DNA of 63,183 bases, the filler included, from Kipferlia bialata (lineage: Eukaryota): assembly GCA_003568945.1 (NCBI GenBank). It is 3 parts of 3 records of this genome, joined end to end, with 100 filler letters (N's around TTAATTAATTAA, not from the genome) between each part and the next. Parts side by side here need not be neighbours in the genome. Positions count along the whole stretch, not along the records: positions 23,894 to 55,850 come from BDIP01000096.1; 2 more parts are not named here. The stretch is one strand, 5' to 3'. Each line of letters begins with the position of its first letter. Position 1 is the stretch's first letter. The position numbers and the translations under genes were made by a program. Positions 26,533-38,173 of the stretch are shown here, in pieces. Below the pieces are notes generated by a model that was not told where the DNA came from, did no database searches, and worked only from the letters and a program-made list of their open reading frames with translations.

Positions 26533-29336
26533 ATGCACAGGTATGGTAGATGGATGCAGTATGGATATTTAGGTATCCGGAAGGATATGTGGGGGTGGGG
26601 TGATGATGGGGTGGGTATAGCCTGTATTCTACTCCCAGCTATCTGTGCCAATCTCATGTCTATCATGGCCCCTCTCACCCCTCCAGGTACAAGGTGCTGG
26701 GGAAGAAGGGCAGCGGGACCTTCTCGTCCGTGGTGACTGCAGAGAACATTGCCACGGGGCAGGTGGTGGCATTGAAGGTGAGGCAGATCTTTGTAATATC
26801 ACTGATTGGACCATATTCTTTGCATCCAGTCATACCATGTTGCCTGTGTATACACCAGATGCAATTTCTGACATGGATCCATAATTACAATGTGTTAATC
26901 CTGCTATCCTAACCACAGCGCATGAAGGCCCACTTCAAGTCTCTAGAGCAAGTCAATGCACTTCGAGAGATCCAGGCGCTGAAGCGGTTACAGGGTAGGG
27001 ATATCTTACTTCTGTATATTCATACTTACATAGATGCCACACCATCCCCTCCCCTCCCCTGACGGACAGGCAAGGAGAACTCCATCCAGCTGATCGAGGT
27101 GCTCTTCAACAAAGGGACAGGGAAGCTGGTGCTGGTGTTTGAGGTATATGCATATGTATCTATAGTCGATGTATATCAAAACCCCTCCCTGCCCTATTCT
27201 CACCCTAGTTGATGGAAAAGAACCTGTACGAGCTGATCAAGGGCAGGAGGAAGTATGTGGCGCCCCTGCTTGTGAAGAGGCTGATGTGGCAGCTCCTAAG
27301 GTGCATGGAGCACAGCCACAAGCACGGCATATTCCACAGAGACATCAAGGTGGGACACATAGTACTGTATGTACTAGTACTCCACTTACCTGTACATACC
27401 ATGTGTGTATTGGAATATATGTCCCTTACCCGCAGCCCGAGAACATTCTGATCAGTGGTGACCCCACCCGCCCAGAGGACGTGACCCTGAGACTGGCTGA
27501 CTTCGGTAGCTGTAGGGGCATCAACACAAAGCAGCCATACACGGTATGTGGATACTTCACAAAGTGGTAGTGTATCGTTAGTATATCGGCAGCGTAGAGT
27601 CTAATCATCAGGAGTACATCTCCACCCGGTGGTACCGGCCGCCAGAGTGTCTGCTGACAGATGGGTATTATGGACACGAGATGGATATGTTCTCAGCTGG
27701 ATGTACGTGGGTAGTGTATTAGTATGAGTGTAACCCTTCTGGACTGTCTCACCCTTCGTGATATTGATATACATACCCACCCCAGGTGTCATGTTCGAGG
27801 TGCTTGCCCTGTTCCCCCTGTTTCCAGGTCAGGACGAGACAGACCAGATATCCAAGATCCACAACGTGCTGGGGACACCCTCCCCGGCACTCCTCGCTAG
27901 GTATACTTGTATGTAGAGTCGAGCCCTACCACTACCCCTCTTCTGACGTGTTAGGATCCGTCGCAAGACCAAGAACAACCCCATCAACACCAACTTCACC
28001 CCGAGGGAGGGGACTGGTCTAGCCAAGTTGCTGCCCACAGGAGACAAGCAGGCACTGGACCTGATAGAGAGGTGGGGACAGTGGTAACAGACCATTGGGG
28101 TGTTGGGTGCGATGATCTATCTCCCTTTCTCCCTGTGTATACTCACCCAGGTGCATAGCATATGACCCCTCCAACAGGTGCACTGCCTCTGAGGCCCTGG
28201 CCCACCCCTACTTCGATGATGTGCGGCACACCCTGGAGCAGGAGAGACACACAGCAGAGAGGGAGAGGCAGGCCAAGAGGGGTGGGAAGGAGGCTGACAG
28301 GGAGAGTCACAGAGAGAGTGGCAGGGGGAAGGGGGAGAGAGAGGCCAAGAAGGCCAAGGACAGAGACAGAGAGCTGGAGAAGGTGGAGAGAAAGAGAAGT
28401 GCTCGGCAACGGAAGGAGAGGGAGTGGGAGAGAGAGCGGCAAAGAGAGAGAGAGGAGGCCGAGCGAGAGAAGGAGAGAGAGAGGCAGAAGGAGAGGGACA
28501 GACAGAAGGATCTTGAGAGAGAGATTGAGCGGAAGAGGCAGCGTGAGAAGGAGAAGGACAGAGAGAGAGAGAGGAGGCGTGAGAAGGAGCGTGCCTTGCG
28601 TGTCAAACAACACCAGTCGGGCGGCCTCTCCCAGCGCCACTCTCTCTCCCTTGGGACCCTCTCCGACGGACCCAGACGCGAGGGGGAGTGGGAGAGAGAG
28701 AGGAGGCACAAGGACCATGGCTCACCGGTCAAGCCCCTGTCGCTGCAGCCCTCTGCCCGTCGCATAGCCGGGATGCATCTCCCCTCCCCCTCCCAGTCCA
28801 ACGCCTCCCCCCATGCCCCCCCTAAGTACTCCAGTGGCCATGGCACATCCGGTGCCTCCCCCCTCCCTGCCCACCTCGCAAGGCTTAGGAGGGCACGGCC
28901 CTCGCAGGGTGGGGGCCTGGCACACTCTGAGGGCATCCCTGCCTCAGGGCATGGAGGCATGGTCCCCAAGCCCCCAGTGCATGCATCCACTCACAGGGGG
29001 GGAGGCCTTCAGCAGCCCAACCGGATAGGCGGGAGGGACCGGCGATACCGCCCTGTGCGCATGAGGCACCGAGCCCTACCCACCCTTGCATCGCAGGGCG
29101 TACCCAAGGGGTCGCCCCCTAAGGGATCCCCTCCCAAGGTCAGGTCTGTACGGGAGGCCAGTCGCAGGGCCACAAATGGCAGTGGCGCCTCGCATAGCAA
29201 GGTGCACGGCTCCAAGCCGCGGTCCCTGCAACCCCGTGCCCCCCAGCTGCAGCCCTCTGCCAAGCTCCCCCGGCACATCAGGGGGGTGGGGGACAGAGAC
29301 AGTTCGTTTAGGCTTCCAGAGTTACGATACCAATAG
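26533..29336 (+). CDS. MOK: MOK/RAGE (LF4-like) CMGC Ser/Thr kinase with long charged and disordered C-tail
   Basis: Exons join to MHRYKVLGKKGSGTFSSV..VALKRMKAHFKSLEQVNALREIQALKRL..HRDIKPENILI..LADFGSCRGINTKQPYT|EYISTRWYRPPECLLTDGYYG. The TEY activation loop and CLLTDGYY are MOK-type. The last exon continues as the 28221-29336 ORF. Confidence 0.92.
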
Positions 29337-29443
29337 AGATATCTGGATCGGGCCTCAGTGCCCGATGTGTAATAGCTGTAGTCTCTCCACATTTATTGGA
29401 TATATTGTATTGGTATTGTACACTGTGGGAGATGGGTATACAT

Positions 29444-32400
29444 CTACTCTCGTCTAGATTCCTTGACAGGAGAGATACGGATAGGGGTGTGGCTGACTCG
29501 GAGGGACAGACTAGCCCGCCTCTGCTCTCTACTCCCTCCATCCAGCCTGGCCCTTGCCTTCTCTCTCTCTCTCTCCCTCATTGTCTCCCTGGCCTTGGCT
29601 AGGGCAGAGGCCGTCTGGTACTCTGAGGGCAGGGGGGGTATGGTCAGGCCGTCGTCCTGGTCGCCCTCCCTCGACACCTTGGACACACACCCAACCACCC
29701 CACTGGAGGGGGGGGCCATCTGGGGGGTGTTCTCTCCCTTGCACTTGGCCAGAGAGCGGAAGGAGGAGGAGTATATCGGGGAGTATATGGAGTCGGAACA
29801 GTGTGTGGAGGGCAGAGAGCCATATGATGCAGGCACCATGGGTATGGTGGGTACAGTATGTAGGGGGTCTCCCTTGCTGGGGACAAGACCCTGGCCCATG
29901 GCGGGTGCAGGAGACGGGGCAGAGGGGCGACGAGCCCTACCCTTAGCTCTCTCCCTCTCCCTCTTCTCCAGGCTCCTCCGTCTTTGCTCCCTCCCCTCTT
30001 CTCTCTCCTTCTGCAACAGAACAGAGTCCAGTAGCTGGGACGCCATATGGCCCCTAGACTGAGACCCTGACCCAACCAGAGTCTCTCTCTCTCTGCTGTA
30101 ACTAGGCCTCCGGTCTGGAGAGGTAGGTCTGGATCTGCGGGGAGCAGCCACGTGTCTCCCTGTCTCTGCCACCGAGGCCTCCTCCTCCCCGAAGGCACTG
30201 GCCCTGAGCAGCAGGGAGGGGGGGTAGAGGCTGGATGCTGAGGGCATGGGGGGGGCTGACAGGGCAGACATGGCTGGGGGGTGGGAGAGAGAGGAGGTGG
30301 CACTGTCCCTCCTGTCCCTCCAGGCCTGGGGTGCGTGGGACACACCACGTCTGGGGTCACTACCACCCACCCTCACCCTTCTACTGACTACTGGCTCACT
30401 GTGGACAGGCTTGGTGGTGTTCTTGGAACTCGCACTGCTGCGGGTGGGAGGTCTACCCCTGGCCTCAGTGCTACGTCCTCCTCTGCTCTCACTCTCTCTC
30501 TCCTTCCCTTGCCTAGAAGTACTATAGCTACCCCGATCAGATGATGCACTGTATCCAAGGTCAGAGCGACGTAGTCCAGTGCCAGCCGTATGATCTCTGT
30601 CTCTCTCACTCTGTGTTCCCTGCCCATACACTCTGTCCTCCCTCCCCACCCCTCTGGACCCCCCCTTCTCCTTACCCCTGGGCTTGCCCACCCCTGCCCT
30701 GGGGGGTAGGGGTGTGGTGTCGGGGTCGGGGGGAGGGCATGCCACCTCTGGGGTGAGGGTGTCTGCCAGCACAGTCCCCTCCTCCAGGGTGTCTAGATGC
30801 CCCATGGCTATACCTATGGGGGACTCGGGGGGGGAGGCAGGGACAGCCCTCAGTCTGGACTGGCCACTATTGACTGGGTGTCTCCCAGTTGCGCCCTCCC
30901 TAGCATCTTCATCCCTAGCACTAGATGATACAGACAGGTGGGAGTGGCGGGGCCTGGCGCTAGTGCTACGGGATGCAATATCGGATGACACGCTCTCTGT
31001 ACTCTGGACAGGACGTGTCCCCTTCCCTGTCCCATATACACCAGCATCACTCTCACTAGCCTTGGGTACAGAACGGGACACCTCTGTGTGGGAAACCAGT
31101 ATACGGGCAGGGGCCTCAGTCACTGCTGCTGACTCTACAACGGGGGTAGAGTATAGGCCCTTGGTCCTCTGCTGTGTCTCTCCAGTAGAGGCACTCTCCC
31201 TCTCTCCATGCTGTGTGTGTGTGGCTGCACTGTCCAGCCTGGCATATGCACTGGGGCGGGTGGGGGCAGGGCGAGAGGGCCTCCTCAGCTCTGGCTTCCC
31301 CACACCCTTGGCCTTGGCCCCCTCCTCTGCCTCTGATGATGGCAGTGAGGAGTGGGAGTATGAGTGCACAGCAGAGTAGGCAGACACGGCAGACAGGGGC
31401 CGGGGGAAGGACCTAGGCGAGGCGGGCAGGGTGGTCTCTGTCTTGGGCACCCACTCTCTATCCATGTGTGATGTGTGGGAGGGGGGGTCACGTCTACTGA
31501 TTACATAGGGTGACTGGGCAGAGTACATGGGACGGGCAGAAACCTGGCTCGAGTGGGTGTCACTCGACTGTGGCATCTGAAGCTGACTACTACTCTGCCG
31601 ACCCTGGCCAGCACTGACCCCTACCCCCATATCCACTGAGAGACGGGTGTAGGGGCTGGGGGCAGAACCCCTGGATGCCCCACCCACATGTTGCTGGTAG
31701 GAGGGGGTAGGCTTGGCGGGATAGGATGCCCTGGACCCCATCGCAGGGGCATCCTGGGGGGGTCGGGTGGATGTAGGGGGCAGGTCCGTCACACCCTCAG
31801 AGGAGACGGGGCGTCCATCCATATAGACACGCACATCAGGTAGCAATGCGGCAGCCAAGGAGCCTAGACCTTGGGTTAGATTGAGGATGAACGTACAATG
31901 TTACTATTGATTTGAAAGTATCACCCCACTGTACATACAAGACACCCACCTGGTTCGCTGAGGGTGGATGACAGGGCGAGGAAGGTGAGGCTTGGGACTG
32001 CCCTCAGCATCACCACCTCATGTCCCTGGCCCAGGGGGTTGGAGGTGAGGTCGAGGCTCCTCAGGGCAGGGAGCAGGGTGTACAGGCCATCAGAGGGGGT
32101 ACCACAGGACTGGACACCCACATTACCAGATGCAGAGGTCTGGTACCCATGTGAGTAGGCAGAGGAGGCAGTGGGGCCTGCCAGGGACAGAGCCCCGACA
32201 GAGTATGGGGAGGGAGGGGCGGCACCAGAGGGGGAGGGGCCCTTGCCACCTGGCTTAGGGGGGGACATCTGCAGCTGATGGGAGGGGGCGACTGGGAGAA
32301 TGTCGTGCAGTGCCTGGATCTGATTGCCCTGACAGTGAGTCAAAAAGGGGGGGGGGAGACACCGAGTACAAATCAGTACCTTAAGGACCAGCCTCTCGAG

Positions 32401-32790
32401 CATCACGCACTGCTGCAGCCCCGTGACCCTTCTGAGTCTGTTGCCTGAGAGGTCCAGACTAGTGAGGGATAGGAAGAGGGGCTGGTTCAGAGACACCTCT
32501 GCCAGGTGGTTGTGGGACAGGTCGAGTCGCCTGACACGCATGAAGGACCTGTTGCAGTCCACCCTCGTCAGTCTGTTGTGGGAGACATCGATGGACGAGT
32601 AGTCAGACCTGGGTGAGATAAGAGGGGAGCTAGGACTGAAAGTATTTACACATATACATCACAACACCCCACTGAACTAGACACTCCTCCACTAGCTACA
32701 CTAGACAAAGCACCTGTTCTCATGGGTCTCGATCAGGGAGGCGGTGAGGACCTGCAAGTCAGTCGGATGTCTCTTGAGGGCATGGAACAA
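29444..32790 (-). CDS. LRR protein (SDS22-like N-terminal repeats) with about 800-aa disordered C-terminus; start uncertain
   Basis: Repeats SIDVSHNRLT, RLDLSHNHLA, SLDLSGNRLRRVTGLQQCVMLERLVLKGNQI and SLDLTSNPL, followed by the long S/P/R-rich ORF 29444-31858. Confidence 0.8.
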
Positions 32791-32809
32791 TCAGAACTAA
32801 AATATTGAG

Positions 32810-32815
32810 TTAGGG

Positions 32816-32862
<47 letters not shown>

Positions 32863-34159
32863 AGATTGATACTCTACACACCTCCTCTACTGCCGGATCT
32901 ACTAGGAGATACACACAGAAGTTGGGGTGGTAGGTCTCAGGGGTGGCCAGCCTAGGGGCATGATATACAAGCGGGAACGGAGGGGGAGGAGGAGGGGCAG
33001 TGAGGGGGGCAAGGGGGAGAGGTGGTGGAAGAGGAGTTGGCTGGGGATTGTCTCTCTTGCTGGATGTGCCTGTGTCACTGGGCACCAGTCTCTCGGGTTT
33101 GGCAAGGTCCTGGGACTGAATAGCCTTGGTATAACTCCTCACAGACACCGCGGCACCCATTAAGGTCTTGACCATTTCCACTTCGTTGATGAGTGTCCTG
33201 GCAACATCCAGTCCGGTACACACTACCTCTCCACTCCCCCGACTGACCACAAGACGCGCCCTGGCCCTGTTGGGACCGCCCTCAAACAACACCCTCAGAG
33301 AATCCCAATAGACATCAGAAAAGGTACCCTTGGATGGCGGGTCGGCCCAGTCGATATATCTAGACCCCTCTGGTACCTGCGCCTTAAACCAGTAGCGCCT
33401 CACACAGTCCACAGCCCTGCGTGGCAGGTACATCCTAGGGGGACTATGAATGGGACGACCCGTATCATTCATAGGACGACCACGTAAGCTCCCCACCCCA
33501 TCTAGATCCCTGTGCCTGAGATAGCTGGGGGAAGAGACTGGCCTGTACTCTGCGTTGGGTTGCAGGGGTGCCCCACTCGCATCGGTATGTCTGAGCAGGG
33601 CGACACACAGCTGCAGCAGCCTGAATGCCATAGACACATCGTGGTAGGTCGCGGCCCCAATAATGACACCCCACTGGCTCCGTTGCTCAGGGGAGCAGCA
33701 TGTCATTGTGCACCCTGCGCCTATGCGGTGGGATATCTGATCACACCAGGGCTCCAGATGTGGCCACACTGACCCAGGCACCACAACCTCCACCCTGAAC
33801 CGACAGCACTGGTACACATCCACCCCAGCATGGGTCACCACCACTCCCTTGACCGCCTCCATCTCCCGTTGGATGACAGCCTCCTCCTCGTCGTCCTGCT
33901 TCGCCCTGCCCTCCCTGGGTGGCAAGTGCGACCAGGGGCGGAGGTAGGAGTTGGGGCCCCTGCCACCCACAGGCTCCAGGCGGCTCATCTGCCTCCATGC
34001 ATCCTTACTCATATCAGTGGGGCGCAGCCGGTCATAGATGTGCAGGGTGTCGACATACTCTTTGTGGGATGGACCACTGTTAGGAGTCCGTTTTGGGGGC
34101 CTCCTACAACCATCACCCGAGGGTCGCTTCTGTGGGAAGTGCTGTCCCTTTCGGGCCAT
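32810..34159 (-). CDS. Intronless hypothetical protein with possible degenerate KH-like domain(s); true 3' end uncertain at the poly-C tract
   Basis: 449-aa ORF. The segment RVEVVVPGSVWPHL..CDQISHRIGAGCTM..GVIIGAATYHDVSMAFRLL follows KH type-I spacing but lacks GxxG. Confidence 0.65.
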
Positions 34160-34319
34160 CGCCTGGACGGCTTTCTCCCCAGAAAGGACCGGAGGGGACG
34201 CTGTGAGCGCTGTACGGAGAAGGCGAGAGATACAGTCAGGTAGATGCCGAAAAAGGGGGTAGATCTCAACCGCAAAAACTGTGGTGTAAACAGCAAACTG
34301 CGAACACCGCTGTTTAGAG

Positions 34320-36115
34320 ATGAGTGCTCCATGGGGGGAGGCCCAGGGAGAGAGAGGGGATCCTAGAGACCATTTTCGGCCCTTGTCGCCCTTAATGAAG
34401 CGTTCTCCGCCTCCGAAAGGGAATCAGTGGGCAGGCAGGGTTGTTTTCTCGCATACGGGTTGGGATGACCCTCCCAAGTATAGTGACACGCCGCAGGAGT
34501 ACCAGAGGCGTTCAGGAGAGCCCCAGTATGAGTCAGGATCTTTAGAACAGGGCAGGCATGGGAGGGACAGGCAGCCGTCCCCACCTCGGTACCGTGACGA
34601 GCGGGGCCATTTCAGAGGGAGCACCTCTCCAGGGCGGCGGCCGCGGTTTTATGATGGCAGAGGCGGAAGATACGTTCAGGTTGGCTCTGGGGATAGGGAG
34701 AGACGGCCGGATGTGGACACTTTTGAGACTGCCCTCTACTCTCCCCACCGCCACACCCCTACGCAGCAGAAGACGCTGCGGAGGCTGTTTTCATCCCCTG
34801 TAGACTTTACGCCCATTCCCCTTATAGAGTATGACGTACCCTATTCCTCCCGAGAGAAGGCCCCGCGCCCCCCCAAGGGTTGTGTCATTACAGACACAAT
34901 CAGACACTACCTGAGGCTGAACACTGGTCCCTCGGGGCACAACTTTGTTGCATACAGCGGTGATCTGATCACTGGGATCACAGAGGCTGCGGGTCACTAC
35001 TGCGAGATCAAGCCGCACTCCCGGGACCAGGTGTTTATAGCAGCCAACCAGCGTGAGGCACTGCTGATGGCCTACGACAAGCTGAGGCAGTACCTGGGGG
35101 CAGGGAGCGCAGATGGGAAGAGCGGGCTGCCGAGGGAACACGACAGACTCAACATCAAAACAGAGCGGCGTGCCAGCTGTGTGGTGCCCATATCCGAGAG
35201 GGTGTACAACCACCTGATGGTGCCCAAGAGGAGTGGTTCCAAGGGACCGGACATGGTGCCCACGTTCAGGTATATAGATATCTCTCTCTCTGATACCCTC
35301 CCTTATCTACGTCCTTTCATCCCTCCTTATGAGAATTCATATGTGTCTTGTATATAGTCTGTCATGCAGTTGTTTCCACTGGAGACCTGTGTATCATATA
35401 CACAGTGCCCTCATATTCCTGGTGTTTCAGTGTATGTGTCGTTAACTTCAGGTGCCGCCACGTTGTGGGTGTTGTCTCCTGCCTTGTCGAGAGGGGGTGC
35501 TTCATCAGAGTGCTGCCAGAGGGATTCAGGGTATGGTATCTCTCTCTCTCTCTCTCTGTCTTCCTCTCCATACTATATACTTGTCTCGAATTTTTATACA
35601 TACACTGGTATAGTGCGATGTGCCCTCTGCCATTTATATGTCTCTCCCTCTCTAACCTTCTAATACTAGGTCGAGTGCAAGGTGTCCTCTGCCATCACCC
35701 CCCCACATCTCGTCCTCTCTCCCCTTCTCTCTCTTACACTCCGCCATTACCCTCTGTCTCCCTCTCTAACCTTCTAATATTAGGTCGAGTGCAAGGTGTC
35801 CTCTGCCGCCAGGATGGGTGCCCATTAACCTCTCTCTCTCCCCCTCTCACTTTATGTTTGCTTCTGACCCTAGGTCGAGTGCAAGGTGTCCTCTGCCGCC
35901 AGGATGGGTGCCCACATGCTGACCAGATACCACTCTGCCCTGGAGGCTATGCTAACCAGGGCACCTGCCACTACTGTACCTAGCACAGAGCCGAAGCCTG
36001 TCTCTGACACTGTCAATGTCAAGGGGGAGCCAGAGCTTGTTGATATTGAGCAGGGCAAGGCTCCTGCAGTGATTCCTGAGCCAGCGCCAGCGCCATCAAC
36101 ATGCTGCCACCTCAG
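34320..36115 (+). CDS. Hypothetical R/P-rich protein with degenerate KH-like domain; 3 exons visible, 3' end lost at the poly-C tract
   Basis: Exon 1 (34320 to about 35269) contains HNFVAYSGDLITGITEAAGHYCEIKPHSRDQVFIAANQREALLMAYDKLRQYL. Further exons lie at about 35452-35530 and 35874-36115. Confidence 0.65.
35668..35913 (+). repeat. Three nested copies of acceptor plus exon 5' end
   Basis: TAGGTCGAGTGCAAGGTGTCCTCTGCC occurs at about 35667, 35781 and 35871, increasing in length toward the true exon. Confidence 0.92.
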
Positions 36116-36150
36116 GTCATTACTAACTCTTTCTCTCTCTGTGTTAGTCT

Positions 36151-36201
<51 letters not shown>

Positions 36202-36595
36202 CTTCTCAGTATATGTCCCAGCCAACCAGCCCCCCCCCCCCTCCCCCTCCCCCTCTCTTCCACTCCTCCTATCGTTGACTCTTCCACTTCTCCACCTATC
36301 CTCCCCAACTTCCCGCCTGCCCATGTGGCCTCCATATTCACACCCCTTCCAGTTCTCTTCTTCTGTAGCCCCCACTTTATCTCTCTTCCGTTCATTGCAT
36401 TGTATATGTCTGTGTCACCCTCTCTCTCTCTCTCTCTCTCCCCCCCTCTCTCCCTCTCTCTAGACTGTATACAAATACTACATGCATATCTTACCCAGGT
36501 CCAGTCCGAGCTGATCTCTTTCTCTTTCTTTCTTTCTCTCTCTCTCTATTACATATACTTTCCCTCCTGTATAGACAACCATTATACCCACCCCA

Positions 36596-36781
36596 GGTCC
36601 AGTCCGAACTGCAGCACAAGGCAGCAGCATACAAACAGGGTATGGATGTCAGTCATATGTGTGTGTTGTTCTGTTTCTCTAGTCTAAGGGAACATATACT
36701 TCATCGTTCTTTCTCTTCTGTCTCTTGTTACCGGATTCTTACCCTATAGAGAATGAGACGTATGTGTCCCACATCCGCACC

Positions 36782-36813
<32 letters not shown>

Positions 36814-38139
36814 TTATACTTCGATATCTCATTGCCTTTATCACTATCTCTTCCGTGTCTATACTAACCCCCTAGAGAATGAGACGTATGTGTCCCACAT
36901 CCGCACCATAGCTCAGCAGATGGAGACACTCAACAACGACTGCTACTCCTTCTTCTACCCAAGGTGTGTGTAGCATACATATATCATTCCATCATATATA
37001 TTCATTCATTCATCTTTATCCTTCTACCCAAGGTTTGTATGCCATTAGTATGGCATATATAGATACATGTATAAATTGCTGGCTCCCTCCAACCACCCTC
37101 TCACTCTCACATCTCTCTCTCTCTCTATACATATATATGTGTGTGTTTGTGTACCCTTTACCTTACCCCCTAGGCGCTACCCCCCCCTCCATGCACCTTC
37201 TGACCATATATACTTGAATGTGAATGATTCTTTACAACTATATATATGCCTATGTCTAATTTTTACATTACCCTAGGCGCTACCCCCCCTCCATGCATCC
37301 CTTGACCCTTGGCTCCACTGTGCCAGAGCCAGCCAGACAGGGCAACAGTAGGTATACATATTCAAGTACACAGTCAGTATACATATGTATACTCTAATAA
37401 TTGGTCGACAGACCAGGGAACATCAGGTGCGTTTGCAGTTAGACTAGAAAAGAATACGTGTATGAACAACACTTCTTGCAGGGAACACCTTGATATCTAA
37501 CCCCAGACTGCAGAGCAGCGTCGACCACCTGATGCGTAAGATCACCCCATATCTCAGGAGGCCCTATCTACTGGGTATCGTTGTGGCTAAGCTGTACGCA
37601 GAGGTATTCTCATACTGCTCCACCTCTGAATATATTTCATTGCTCCCTCTCTCTATATACATGAGTTGATTGTCGCATAGAGCTAAATATGGAGTAAACA
37701 GTAACGCTAATTGAATCTTTGTTCCTGCAAATTTCTTTGTTCCTATCTCACCCAGGGCGAGGCTCAGCTGACACGGGTGCTCATGAGGCAGGGCAAGGTG
37801 TCAACAGGTAGGGGAGACGTCAATTACCATTCAATGTATACGAACCTACAGTAAGGTCATCTACCACAGTTCTTATCCCCCAGGTCCTGTCCTCACCCAC
37901 CCCTACTCCTTCTTCAGTGCATACATATATATATATACTATTACATTTATACACACACATGTATACTTATATATACCAACCCTTCCAGGGCCCGTTATCA
38001 CCCACCCCTGGTCCTTCTTCAGTGCATACCTATATATACTTTTATACTAATACATACACATGTATACTTATATATATATATATACTAACCCTTCCAGGAC
38101 CCGTCATCACCCACCCCTGGTCCTTCTTCAGTGCACACC

Positions 38140-38173
<34 letters not shown>

